NCBI RefSeq assembly: GCF_023055435.1
Contig: NW_025964223.1
Span: forward strand, 24,986,001-25,050,000
DNA from: Haliotis rufescens
Taxonomy: Eukaryota
Length of the DNA stretch: 64,000 nucleotides
Direction of reading: 5' to 3'
Under the pieces are notes generated by a model. It did no database searches, was not told the DNA's origin, and was given only the letters and a program-made list of their open reading frames with translations. Of the stretch, positions 26,071 to 40,275 are shown in pieces. Both the position numbers and the translations under genes were made by a program. Positions within the stretch are counted from its first letter, which is position 1. Each line of letters opens with the position of its first letter.

Positions 26071-27245
26071 TCGTGAATAGGGTAATCTATTTACCTTGAG
26101 GTTGTGTGCCTGATCCCGTAAATACTAGTATCATATTACCTGCTTTATTCTGAATGTATTACACATACATTAATTTATTTTCCAAAGGTACCTGTCATGT
26201 GGTTTTAAATGGTAATGAAGGGTCTGTTAAAAAGAGTTATAAAAAAACTTAATAATCAAAAGAGGAAAAAAATTAATTCATGGGTTAAAAAAAAATCAAT
26301 TGAGTTTAAATGCTTATAAATATAAAACTGAAAAATATGAAAATATAGATAAAAAGAGGAATACAAAAGCTTCAAAACATAAATATACTGAAATAAGGGG
26401 GGGGAAACTAATGCGCGGATAAAAAAATCAAATTGAGTTGAAATGCTTATAAAAATATAACTAACATATCTGAAATTATTAATAAAAAAACCATCTTATT
26501 TATGAATAAAAAGACCAACAATATAGAATATATTGAAATATACCCTGAACGTATAGTAAGCATAGGGTCACCTAGACTTATTTGTAATCGGTTGTACACC
26601 CTATATGAATAGCTTAGAGTGATTTGTCCACCTTAGTTGTGGGAGAGATGTAATCCCAACATAATTAGTTGTAAGAGAGTTGTGAACCCTATATTTATAA
26701 TTTGTTGTGAGAGACATGTTCACCTCGGTTGTGAGAGAGTTGTCTACCTTAGGGCTGAGAGCGTTGTGCACCGTGGATGATTATACTGTGAAGTAGTTAT
26801 ACTTCTATAATAGTTGTTAGAGAAAAAAGGAAACTTGGTCTAACTGTAAGGGTATTCGGCCACAATCTTTCTTAAGTTCCCGATTGTCAACACAAAATTC
26901 AATATGCAATAAAAGTGCTGATGGGCAGACGGTGTTATTGTCTTAATTCTGTGATATAATTACACTGCAAGATTCGTTGTCTGCAGTACCAGGGACAACT
27001 TGCACAAAACGATCTTAGAACTAAGATGATCATGACTCCCATACTTTAACATAGGCTTACAATAGTCGTAGCACTAAGATCGCTTTGTGCAAGTGGGCCC
27101 AGATGAAGTGGTAAGTAGAGCACCTCGGTACAACACGTGACTATGAAGCAGGTGATTGTACACATCCGATGAGGGAATTACACGTGTTTATTTGTTTGTT
27201 GTTTGACGCCGCACTCAGCAATATTCCAGCTTAATCCAGCTATAG

Positions 27246-28133
27246 GCCTGTGGGGTACCTGTCTGGGGGAGGGTGCAGGCCACGGCTACATGTTGACGTT
27301 GCTGGCTACAAGGTGTTTCTGTACGATTCGGGCTGGCGTTGTCGTGCTGATAAAGAACACCGCGTGGTAGCTGTTTTAGGAATGTTTGGACAATCGGACG
27401 CAGAATGTCATCCACGTAACGCTGAGCTCTTAACGATGACCAGTGGTGTTCTTTCCTGCCAGCAAATTCCTCCCCACATTGCATCCCCTCCACCACACTC
27501 CACCCTCTGACGACGATGTTGCTCTGTCAATAACTGTCCTCTATAAGGACTGTAAGCCCTATATCCTTGAGATCCGAGTCGCCTGGTCACTGTATGTTGA
27601 CTTACCATACGCCCAAAGGCATTCGTCGCTGATGACGTCACTGTCAAGAATCGATTCCAGAGATGCAAAGTTCGCAAACACCGGTCTTCATTGGGCGTAG
27701 TTACTCTGGGTCTGCGTGTTGCCTGTCTGGTGTCTGCCCGGTCCATCTGTAACGTTGCATCAGGTTAGTTACAGCAACACGGGAGCAACCCCAAAAGTTC
27801 TAGCTACGTGGGCCTGGGTGGCTTCCATCTGTACCATACTCAGGGGACCCGTGAAGATCCAGGGTAGATTAGGTCTTCAGTAACCCGTGTTTGCTGCATA
27901 AGGCGATTATGCTTGTCGTAAGATGCGACTAACGGGATCGGGTGGTCAGACTCGCTGACTTGGTTGATGCATGTCATTGTGTCTAAATTGCGTGGATCAA
28001 TCTCTGGATTGTTTGGTCCAGACTCGATTATTTACAGACCGCCATACATATAAAGTGTGTCGTTAAACAACAAACAACAACGACATACTAAGAGCCCTTC
28101 TCGCGTTGTTCGGGTCTGTTTACTTGAGCGATT
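27246..28133 (-). mobile_element. Duplicate of the Tc1/mariner remnant
   Basis: Near-identical to 17717-18604 at offset 9529. Confidence 0.85.
27846..28082 (+). mobile_element. SINE-like family A (duplicated copy)
   Basis: Matches 18317-18553. Confidence 0.85.
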
Positions 28134-28326
28134 GAATTGAATGGAAATTAATGGTTAATACTTGTGAGTGAGAGAGTTACAACGGCAATGTATCAGTCAT
28201 ATGTGAAGATGACCAGGGGTCATTGATATTATCAATCAAAGGAACGTTGATTATGAACACCCGACAGCCATCAACTAAATTAGTTTCAATATTGAAAACA
28301 CCTTATTGTCGATTTTCATGTTACAA

Positions 28327-28470
28327 TGACGTCATAGTATCATGACGTCACAGGTCAAAGTTCATCACTTCGTAGTATTGTTCTGCGAGACCGCTGGCAC
28401 AAAGGCAGCTCTCCTTTTTTAAGAAGTTTAATCAGTATATTACACCCCGCAGAGATCGGACACCTTCCAG
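28327..28470 (+). promoter_or_regulatory. Putative promoter and non-coding exon 1 of paralog C
   Basis: TGACGTCA at 28327 and 28343, AGGTCAaAGTTCA at 28352-28364, donor CAG|gtaagt at 28470. Confidence 0.6.
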
Positions 28471-29515
28471 GTAAGTACCAGAGTATACTACTTTCTTTTC
28501 TAGGCTTCCTGCGGTTGTATTTAATAGCTCCATATTGTTTCCCTAAAACACGACCGTGTCTGATGTGAGGTTGCGGTAAGAAAATGTTTGATGTGTATTA
28601 GGATCAACGGTTTTATCCATTTCTGAGGCCACATCAGCTGAGAACCGATTAATCTGTTCTATCTTTAACATTTTGTCCTCGTGTTCCAACTGATTAAATG
28701 GTTAATTTGCTTTAACCAGATCTTTTAAAACGCTATATAAGCGCGATAGTTGGTTTTAACCCCACTTTTAAAAGGATTCCAGTAATTTCACTGCGTGTTA
28801 GCTTACTGTGGGAATGTCCGAAGTGATGCAGGTCTCAGACGTTTACCACTTTGGTGAAACACACGAGCACGGGCATGGTGCCGAAAAACCTAGAAACATA
28901 ATCGGGTCGAGCCGGGATTCGAACCCAAGATCATATACTATACTCCAATACCCCAACACAGACTTACACATGCGCGGGTCCGGATATCTATTTGTAAGGT
29001 TTCTTTCAATGGTGGCAGTAATAAACTTCAAAGATGGTAGAATGCCAGCGATAAGATAGTGTTTATTAATGAAACTTATTTTTTATGACACTGTACCTAT
29101 TTTTCTAGCAAAGCAGGTACATTCGTAATTATAGTTACCTGTAAATCAGAAAATACGAAGACTTATACACTCTTTAACATATTAATATGCTGACGTATAG
29201 TTTTCGCACTTGATATGCATTGAACGTATGCATACACATGGTACTTGATTTTGTGTAATTTTTTTCCGATTTTGCAACATGTAATTAACTTTTTTCGGTT
29301 CTGATTTTCTTGGGCCAAGACTACACTTTTTACTCACTGACGTAAACTTTGTTATGCAGATGACTTTTTAAAAATCTATGGCCTAACTAAAATTTATTAA
29401 AATATATCTTACGTAATACAGATTTAATTGCTTGATCAAACCGAGCCGAAAACTGATGTTTTTTTTATTTTCAAATACTATTTTTGAAAACAGTGTGACA
29501 TCCAGGGATCCCACA

Positions 29516-31254
29516 ATGTCCTCTGTCGAACTTGCTGAAAGACAGAAGGGCGAAGATGCAGTAATTAATTCCGAGGACTACCGTTACATCATGTCAACAT
29601 CGGCGTCTGACTTAAGTTCCTCTCCATCGTCATCCAAGACTAGTCCTCGGAGACCTGAAGCTTCCGCCAAAATGCCAGCACGGGTAGATAACTCCATCAA
29701 ACCTGGAGACTACAAATATATCATTGAGACATCGGCGTCAGACGAGTCATCATCTCCATCACGCAAAGGTCTTCGTGAATCTGTTGGAGCATCTGCTTCA
29801 CCCTCTAGGAGCTCTCACAGCAGTCCTCGTGAATCTGACAGTGGATCTGACAAACCTGATGACAGATGCTACACTTCACCAACGTCATCTCCATTGCCAC
29901 ACCCAAGGTCTCTTACAGGGTCCAGGGAATCTGTCTTGTCGTCTGAAATTCTAAGCAGCGTCTCCTCTGACTCTGAGAAAGTATTCGACCCCTTCGCGAA
30001 GGACCACCTTCAGCCCAGACTTTCCCCGAGGGAGCCATCTGTGGACGTTCATTTCCCAGTCGCTGAAACAGTGTCCGAGGTATCCCTGGCAAACAGGAGC
30101 GATGAATCGTGGTTTACCGACTCCAGGGAGTCGAACAGTTTCCACCAGGACGCACTACACATACGTAAGCTGATGCTGGACCAGGCCTGGGTCTCTGACA
30201 GGCAACAGCCCATGTCGGACTGGGTGTCCTCTGTTATCGTCTGGGATGATGACGGTAAGTGATTCCATCAGTAGTTGGAACATCATCAGAGAGTGAGTGA
30301 GTGAGTGTTGTTTAATATCAGAAATAGGCATCACACATTGTACCAACATTACATGATGAGCTGAAACATATATATGAATTATGACAGGTATATTCACATA
30401 AAAGTATTTTCTCTAAGTAGCTTTGCTATCATTTTTTTCTTCCATTGAAGCAAATTTGTTAATAACGAAGTGACAGATATATATATATATATATATAAGA
30501 TTCTTGTTTCTGTCTCAAAAGTTGCAAGCAACTTGGGTGTGGACTCTCTCCTGACCAGACTGAAGAACCGGTTTCAGGTGAGTCCCGTGATTTCCGTGCT
30601 CTTGTCACTCAGCGACTCTCATTGCTTCAAGACATACAAGACATCTTTCTTAACGACAAACGGAACAACTCTAGGGGTCAATTATAGTGAACGCTCCAGT
30701 GAAGAATTTCATTTTTGAGGGGTAAAACTGGAAACTTAATTATTTTTAGGCCTTTTCCAAAGACTCTGGGGAAACGTTTTTAGAATACTCCCAGAAGAGC
30801 CAATGGTCGGCCCCAACTAAGTGATATTTTCCTTGTTGTTTTCGTCATGATGATATCCGCTGAAATATCAACCTACTTTTCTTACCAGAGCACTTGGTGG
30901 CGCCTGACAAGGGGGAGGGAGACTCGGGTCCAGATCCTCAAGAAATCCAGCTCAGCATCCGGAAGCGGCATCAGCGGTGAGTACAGGGGTATTTGTTGAG
31001 CTGTTCGACAAGTTTAGAACGCCCCATTGAGGCGAATTCGAACGAACGAAACCAAGGATACCTTTGTTGAACAGTAACAGCAAATAGTTGAATATTAACA
31101 TTACGTGTCAATGAAACGTTCTGTTGTCCTGAAGTTGCGTTTTCTGTCTGTAGGTGGAGACGAGGACAAGGCACCACACAAAGAGAAGCTGCAGAAGAGA
31201 GTGCAGAGGTTCATGTCCCGGTTCTTCATTTGTGGAGGACCATCACAGGCCTAG
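29516..31254 (+). CDS. Uncharacterised Ser-rich protein, paralog C (about 327 aa); coding exons 29516-30254, 30522-30577, 30889-30976, 31154-31254
   Basis: Near-identical to B, with all splice sites canonical. Confidence 0.75.
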
Positions 31255-32314
31255 ACACAGTCAGTGTTCGGCCCAGACTAAGTGCAGGTGTCTCTATCAG
31301 GCCCAGCCACAGTGCCGGTGTCTCTATCAGGCCCAGACACAGTGCCGGTGTCTCTGTCAGGCCTAGCCACAGTGCCGGTGTCTCTGTCAGTCCCAGACAC
31401 AGTGCCGGTGTCTCTGTCAGGCCGAGACACAGTGCCGGTGTCTCTATCAGGCCCAGACACAGTGCCGGTGTCTCTGTCAGACCGAGACACAGTGCCGGTG
31501 TCTCTGTCAGTCCCAGACACAGTGCCCTTGTCTCTGTCAGTCCCAGACACAGTGCCGGTGTCTCTGTCAGGCCTAGCCACAGTGCCGGTGTCTTTGTCAG
31601 GCCCAGGCACAGTGCCGGTGTCTTTGTCAGGCCCAGACAGAGTGCCGGTGTCTTTGTCAGTCCAAGACACAGTGCCGGTGTCTCTGTCAGTCCCAGACAC
31701 AGTGCGGGTGTCTCTGTCAGGCCGAGACACAGTGCCGGTGTCTCTGTCAGACCGAGACACAGTGCCGGTGTCTCTGTCAGTCCCAGACACTGTGCCGGTG
31801 TCTCTGTCAGGCCCAGACACAGTGCCGGTGTCTCTATCAGTCCCAGACACAGTGCCGGTGTCTCTGTCAGGCCCAGACACTGTGCCGGTGTCTCTGTCAG
31901 ACCGAGACACAGTGCCGGTGTCTCTATCAGGCCTAGCCACAGTGCCGGTGTCTCTGTCAGTCCCAGACACAGTGCAGGTGTCTCTGTCAGGCCCAGACAC
32001 AGTGCCGGTGTCTCTGCCAGGCCCAGACAGAGTGTAGGTGTCTATATCAGGCCCAGACACAGTGCAGGTGTCTATATCAGGCCCAGACACAGTGCAGGTG
32101 TCTATGTCAGGCCCAGACACAGTGCAGGTGTCTCTGTCAGGCCCAGACAGAGTGTAGGTGTCTATATCAGGCCCAGACACAGTGCAGGTGTCTATGTCAG
32201 GCCCAGACACAGTGCAGGTGTCTATGTCAGGCCCAGACACAGTGCAGGTGTCTCTGTCAGGTTCAGATACAGTGCAGTTGACTATGTCAGGCCCAGACAC
32301 AGTGCAAGTGTCCA
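31246..32314. repeat. 30-bp minisatellite, about 35 copies, 3' of paralog C
   Basis: Same unit. Confidence 0.98.
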
Positions 32315-32319
32315 TGCCT

Positions 32320-35300
32320 GCCTTATCATGTAGCTATCATCCAGTGTAAATATCTTTGACATGCCTTATCATCGCTATATTTTGTGAAACTATTATGGGC
32401 CTGCCTTATTGTGTTTACGCTATTATCGCTATTGTGGGCGTGCCTTATCGTGTCGCTACATCCTGTGTATTCCAAATGGGCGTGCCGTATCATGTAGCTA
32501 CGTTCTTTCTTTTCTGAATAGGCGTGCCTTATCGTGTAGCTACATCGCGTGTATATAAAATGGACGTGCTTTGACATGTAGCTACATCCTGTGTGTATTA
32601 AACAGACGTGCTTTAACATGTAGCTACATCCTGTGTATATTAAAAAGGCGTGCCGTATCATGTAGCTACACTCTGTGTATATTAAAGGGACGTGTTTTAT
32701 CATGTAGCTATATCCTGTGTATATGAAATGGGCGTGCCTTATCATGTCGCTACATCCTGTGTATATTAAATGGGCGTGCCTTATCATGTAGCTGCATCCT
32801 GTGTATATTAAAAGGGCGTGCCTTATCATGTACCTACACTCTGTGTATATGAAATAGGTGTGCCTTATCATGTAGCTACATCCTGTGTATATGAAATGGT
32901 CGTGCTTTATCATGTAGCTGTATTCTGTGTATATGAAATGGGCGTGCCTTATCATGTAGCTAAATCCTGTGTATACTTAATGGTCGTGCTTTATGATGTA
33001 GCTACACCCTGTGTAGATGAAATGGTCGTGCCGTATCATGTAGCTCACTCTGTGTATATTAAATGGTCGTGCCTTATCATGTAGCTACATCCTGTGTATA
33101 TTAAATGGGTGTGCCTTATCATGTAGCTACATCCTGTGTATATTAAATTGGTGTGCCTTATCGCGTAGCTGCATTCTGTGTTTATTAAATGGGTGTGCTT
33201 TATCATGTAGCTACATCCTGTGTATATTAAATGGGTGTGCCTTATGATGTAGCTACATCCTGAGTGTGTATATGAAATCGACGTGCTTTATCATGTAGCT
33301 TACTCTGTGTATATTAAATGGTGGTGCCTTATCGTGTAGCTACATCCTGTGTATATTAAATGGGTGTGCCTTATCGTGTAACTACATCCTGTTTTTATTA
33401 AATGGTCGTGCCTTATCATGAAACTACATCCTGTGTATATGAAATGGACGTGCTTTATCATGTAGCTACATCCTGTGTATATTAAATGGTCGTGCCTTAT
33501 AGTGTAGCTACATCCTGTGTATATTAAATGGCCGTGCTTTATGGTGTAGCTACATCCTGTGAATATCAAATGGTCGTGCCTTATCGTGTAGCTACATCAT
33601 GTGTATATTTTAATGGTCGTGCCTTATCATGTAGCTACATCCTGTGTATATTAAATGGGTGTGCCGTATCGTGTAGCAGCATCCTGTGTATATTCAATGG
33701 TCGCGCCTTATTGTGTAGCTACATCCTGTGTATGTTAAATAGTCGTGCCTTATCATGTAGCTTCATCCTGTGTATATTAAATCGTCGTGCCTTATCATGT
33801 AGCTACATTCTGTGTATATTAAATGGCGTGCCTTATCATGTAGCTACATTCTGTGTATATTAAATGGCGTGCCTTATCATGTAGCTACACCTTGTGTATA
33901 TTAAATGGTCGTGCCTAGTGTAGCTACATCCTGTGTATATTAAATGGCCGTGCTTTATGGTGTAGCTACATCCTGTGAATATCAAATGGTCGTGCCTTAT
34001 CGTGTAGCTACACCCTGTGTATATTTTAATGGTCGTGCCTTATCATGTAGCTACATCCTGTGTATATCAAATGGGTGTGCCGTATCGTGTAGCAGCATCC
34101 TGTGTATATTCAATGGTCGTGCCTTATTGTGTAGCTACATCCTGTGTATATTAAATAGTCGTGCCTTATCATATAGCTACATCCTGTGTATATGAAATTG
34201 GCGTGCCTCATCATGTAGCTACATCCTGTGTATTTTAAATGGACGTGCTTTTTGATGTAGCTACATCCTGTGTATATGAAATGGTCGTGCTTTATGATGT
34301 AGCTACATCCTGTGTTTATCAAATGGTCGTGCCTTATCATGTAGCTACATCCTGTGTAGATTAAATGCACGTGCTTTATGATGTAACTACATCCTGTGTA
34401 TATCAAATGGTCGTGCCTTATCATGTAGCTACATGCTGTGTATATTAAATGGGCGTGCCTTAATCATGTAGCTACATCCTGTGTGTTTGAAATGATCGTG
34501 CCTTATCGTGTCGCTACATCCTGTGTATATGAAATGGGCGTGCCTTATCGTGTAGCTACATCCTGTGTGTTTGAAATGGTCGCGCCTTATCATGTAGCTA
34601 CATCCTGTGTATATGAAATGGGCGTGCCTTATCATGTAGGTACATCCTGTGTATATTAAATGGGCGTGCCTTATCGTGTAGCTACACTCTGTATATATTA
34701 AATGGTCGTGCCTTATCATGTAGCTACACCCTGTGTATATTAAATGGCCGTGCTTTATGATGAAGCTACACACTGTATATATTAAATGGTCGTCCCTTAT
34801 CGTGTTGCAGCATTCTGTGTATATTAAATGGACGTGCTTTATGATGTAGCTACACACTGTGTATATGAAATGGGCGTGCCTTATCATGTAGCTACATCCT
34901 GTGTATATGAAATGGATGTGCTTTATCATGTAGCTGTATTTCGTGTAGATTAAATGGTCGTGCTTTATCATGTAGCTTTATCCTGTGTATATTAAATGGG
35001 TGAGCCTTATCATGTAGCAGCATCCGGTGTATATTAAATGGTCGTGCCTTATCATGTAGCTACATCCTGTGTATATTAAATGGGCGTGCCTTATCATGTA
35101 GCTACATCCTGTTCATATTAAATGGGCGTGCCTTATCATGTAGCTACATCCTGTGTATATGAAATGGTCGTGCCTTATCATGTAGCTACATCCTGTGTAT
35201 ATGAATTTGCTAGTCTTATCATGTAGCAGCATCCTGTGTATATGAAATGGGCGTGCCTTATCATGTAGCTACATCCTGTGTATACTAAATGGACGTGCTT

Positions 35301-38300
35301 TATCATGTAGCTGTACCCCGTGTATATTAAATGGTTGTGCCTTTTTATGTAGCTACATCCTGTGTATATTAAATGGGTGTGCTTTATCATGTAGCTGTAT
35401 CCTGTGTATATGAAATGGGTGTGCCTTATCATGTAGCTACATCCTGTGTATATGAAATGGTCGTGCTTTATCATGAAGCTGTATTCTGTGTATATGAAAT
35501 GGTCGTGCCGTATCATGTAGCTCAATCTGTGTATATTAAATGGTCGTGCCTTATCATGTAGCTACATCCTGTGTATATTAAATGGGTGTGCCTTATCATG
35601 TAGCTACATCCTGTGTATATTAAATTGGTGTGCCTTATCGCGTAGCTGCATTCTGTGTTTATTAAATGGGTGTGCTTTATCATGTAGCTACATCCTGTGT
35701 ATATTAAATGGGTGTGCCTTATGATGTAGCTACATCCTGAGTGTGTATATGAAATCGACGTGCTTTATCATGTAGCTAACTCTGTGTATATTAAATGGTC
35801 GTGCCTTATCGTGTAGCTACATCCTGTGTATATTAAATGGTCGTGCCTTATAGTGTAGCTACATCCTGTGTATATTAAATGGCCGTGCTTTATGGTGTAG
35901 CTACATCCTGTGAATATCAAATGGTCGTGCCTTATCGTGTAGCTACATCATGTGTATATTTTAATGGTCGTGCCTTATCATGTAGCTACATCCTGTGTAT
36001 ATTAAATGGGTGTGCCGTATCGTGTAGCAGCATCCTGTGTATATTCAATGGTCGCGCCTTATTGTGTAGCTACATCCTGTGTATGTTAAATAGTCGTGCC
36101 TTATCATGTAGCTTCATCCTGTGTATATTAAATCGTCGTGCCTTATCATGTAGCTACATTCTGTGTATATCAAATGGCGTGCCTTATCATGTAGCTACAT
36201 TCTGTGTATATTAAATGGCGTGCCTTATCATGTAGCTACACCTTGTGTATATTAAATGGTCGTGCCTAGTGTAGCTACATCCTGTGTATATTAAATGGCC
36301 GTGCTTTATGGTGTAGCTACATCCTGTGAATATCAAATGGTCGTGCCTTATCGTGTAGCTACACCCTGTGTATATTTTAATGGTCGTGCCTTATCATGTA
36401 GCTACATCCTGTGTATATCAAATGGGTGTGCCGTATCGTGTAGCAGCATCCTGTGTATATTCAATGGTCGTGCCTTATTGTGTAGCTACATCCTGTGTAT
36501 ATTAAATAGTCGTGCCTTATCATATAGCTACATCCTGTGTATATTAAATTGGCGTGCCTCATCATGTAGCTACATCCTGTGTATTTTAAATGGACGTGCT
36601 TTTTGATGTAGCTACATCCTGTGTATATGAAATGGTCGTGCTTTATGATGTAGCTACATCCTGTGTTTATCAAATGGTCGTGCCTTATCATGTAGCTACA
36701 TCCTGTGTATATTAAATGCACGTGCTTTATGATGTAACTACATCCTGTGTATATCAAATGGTCGTGCCTTATCATGTAGCTACATGCTGTGTATATTAAA
36801 TGGGCGTGCCTTAATCATGTAGCTACATCCTGTGTGTTTGAAATGATCGTGCCTTATCGTGTCGCTACATCCTGTGTATATGAAATGGGCGTGCCTTATC
36901 GTGTAGCTACATCCTGTGTGTTTGAAATGGTCGCGCCTTATCATGTAGCTACATCCTGTGTATATGAAATGGGCGTGCCTTATCATGTAGGTACATCCTG
37001 TGTATATTAAATGGGCGTGCCTTATCGTGTAGCTACACTCTGTATATATTAAATGGTCGTGCCTTATCATGTAGCTACACCCTGTGTATATTAAATGGCC
37101 GTGCTTTATGATGAAGCTACACACTGTATATATTAAATGGTCGTCCCTTATCGTGTTGCAGCATTCTGTGTATATTAAATGGACGTGCTTTATGATGTAG
37201 CTACACACTGTGTATATGAAATTGGCGTGCCTTATCATGTAGCTACATCCTGTGTATATGAAATGGATGTGCTTTATCATGTAGCTGTATTTCGTGTAGA
37301 TTAAATGGTCGTGCTTTATCATGTAGCTTTATCCTGTGTATATTAAACGGGTGAGCCTTATCATGTAGCAGCATCCGGTGTATATTAAATGGTCGTGCCT
37401 TATCATGTAGCTACATCCTGTGTATATTAAATGGGCGTGCCTTATCATGTAGCTACATCCTGTTCATATTAAATGGGCGTGCCTTATCATGTAGCTACAT
37501 CCTGTGTATATGAAATGGTCGTGCCTTATCATGTAGCTACATCCTGTGTATATGAATTTGCTAGTCTTATCATGTAGCAGCATCCTGTGTATATGAAATG
37601 GGCGTGCCTTATCATGTAGCTACATCCTGTGTATACTAAATGGACGTGCTTTATCATGTAGCTGTACCCCGTGTATATTAAATGGTTGTGCCTTTTTATG
37701 TAGCTACATCCTGTGTATATTAAATGGGTGTGCTTTATCATGTAGCTGTATCCTGTGTATATGAAATGGGTGTGCCTTATCATGTAGCTACATCCTGTGT
37801 ATATGAAATGGTCGTGCTTTATCATGAAGCTGTATTCTGTGTATATGAAATGGTCGTGCCGTATCATGTAGCTCACTCTGTGTATATTAAATGGTCGTGC
37901 CTTATCATGTAGCTACATCCTGTGTATATTAAATGGGTGTGCCTTATCATGTAGCTACATCCTGTGTATATTAAATTGGTGTGCCTTATCGCGTAGCTGC
38001 ATTCTGTGTTTATTAAATGGGTGTGCTTTATCATGTAGCTACATCCTGTGTATATTAAATGGGTGTGCCTTATGATGTAGCTACATCCTGAGTGTGTATA
38101 TGAAATCGACGTGCTTTATCATGTAGCTAACTCTGTGTATATTAAATGGTCGTGCCTTATCGTGTAGCTACATCCTGTGTATATTAAATGGGTGTGCCTT
38201 ATCGTGTAACTACATCCTGTTTTTATTAAATGGTCGTGCCTTATCATGAAACTACATCCTGTGTATATGAAATGGACGTGCTTTATCATGTAGCTACATC

Positions 38301-40275
38301 CTGTGTATATTAAATGGTCGTGCCTTATAGTGTAGCTACATCCTGTGTATATTAAATGGCCGTGCTTTATGGTGTAGCTACATCCTGTGAATATCAAATG
38401 GTCGTGCCTTATCGTGTAGCTACATCATGTGTATATTTTAATGGTCGTGCCTTATCATGTAGCTACATCCTGTGTATATTAAATGGGTGTGCCGTATCGT
38501 GTAGCAGCATCCTGTGTATATTCAATGGTCGTGCCTTATTGTGAAGCTACATCCTGTGTATGTTAAATAGTCGTGCCTTATCATGTAGCTTCATCCTGTG
38601 TATATTAAATCGTCGTGCCTTATCATGTAGCTACATTCTGTGTATATTAAATGGCGTGCCTTATCATGTAGCTACATTCTGTGTATATTAAATGGGCGTG
38701 CCTTATCATGTAGCTACACCTTGTGTATATTAAATGGTCGTGCCTAGTGTAGCTACATCCTGTGTATATTAAATGGCCGTGCTTTATGGTGTAGCTACAT
38801 CCTGTGAATATCAAATGGTCGTGCCTTATCGTGTAGCTACACCCTGTGTATATTTTAATGGTCGTGCCTTATCATGTAGCTACATCCTGTGTATATTAAA
38901 TGGGTGTGCCGTATCGTGTAGCAGCATCCTGTGTATATTCAATGGTCGTGCCTTATTGTGTAGCTACATCCTGTGTATATTAAATAGTCGTGCCTTATCA
39001 TATAGCTACATCCTGTGTATATGAAATTGGCGTGCCTCATCATGTAGCTACATCCTGTGTATTTCAAATGGACGTGCTTTTTGATGTAGCTACATCCTGT
39101 GTATATGAAATGGTCGTGCTTTATGATGTAGCTACATCCTGTGTTTATCAAATGGTCGTGCCTTATCATGTAGCTACATCCTGTGTATATTAAATGCACG
39201 TGCTTTATGATGTAACTACATCCTTTGTATATCAAATGGTCGTGCCTTATCATGTAGCTACATCCTGTGTATATCAAATGGGTGTGCCGTATCGTGTAGC
39301 AGCATCCTGTGTATATTCAATGGTCGTGCCTTATTGTGTAGCTACATCCTGTGTATATTACATAGTCGTGCCTTATCATGTAGCTACATCCTGTGTATAT
39401 TAAATCGTCGTGCCTTATCATGTAGCTACATTCTGTGTATATTAAATGGCGTGCCTTATCATGTAGCTACACCCTGTGTATATTAAATGACGTGCCTTAT
39501 CATGTAGCTACACCCTGTGTATATTAAATGGTCGTGCCTTATAGTGTAGCTACATCCTGTATATATTAAATGGCCGTGCTTTATGGTGTAGCTACATCCT
39601 GTGAATATCAAATGGTCGTGCCTTATCGTGTAGCTACACCCTATGTATATTTTAATGGTCGTGCCTTATCATGTAGCTACATCCTGTGTATATTAAATGG
39701 GTGTGCCGTATCGTGTAGCAGCATCCTGTGTATATTCAATGGTCGTGCCTTATTGTGTAGCTACATCCTGTGTATATTAAATAGTCGTGCCTTATCATGT
39801 AGCTACATCCTGTGTATATTAAATCGTCGTGCCTTATCATGTAGCTACATTCTGTGTATATTAAATGGCGTGCCTTATCATGTAGCTACACCCTGTGTAT
39901 ATTAAATGGCGTGCCTTATCATGTAGCTACACCCTGTGTATATTAAATGGTCGTGCCTTATAGTGTAGCTACATCCTGTGTATATTAAATAGTCGTGCCT
40001 TATCATGTAGCTACATCCTGTGTATATTAAATCGTCGTGCCTTATCATGTAGCTACATTCTGTGTATATTAAATGGCGTGCCTTATCATATAGCTACACC
40101 CTGTGTATATTAAATGGTTATGTTTTATTATAGGTGTATCACATGTATATGAAATGGGTGTACTTTATCATGTAGCTGCATCCTGTGTATAAATGGAAGT
40201 CGTTTTTTTATGTAGGTATATCCAGTATACATGTATGTTAAAGGGGCGTGCGTTTTCATGTAGTTTCATCCAGTG
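32320..40275. repeat. 42-bp satellite array C (about 8 kb, about 190 monomers) with about 2.35-kb higher-order repeat
   Basis: Same unit; variant patterns recur at offset 2351. Confidence 0.97.

Larger units (their letters stand above)
14840..32820 (+). repeat. Recent tandem segmental duplication, unit about 9.1-9.5 kb (about 14840-23900 and 24100-32820)
   Basis: Near-identical ORFs and flanks at offset 9529 (17686/27215) and 9095 (19713/28808). The offset changes because 18677-19110 is absent from the second copy. Confidence 0.9.
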
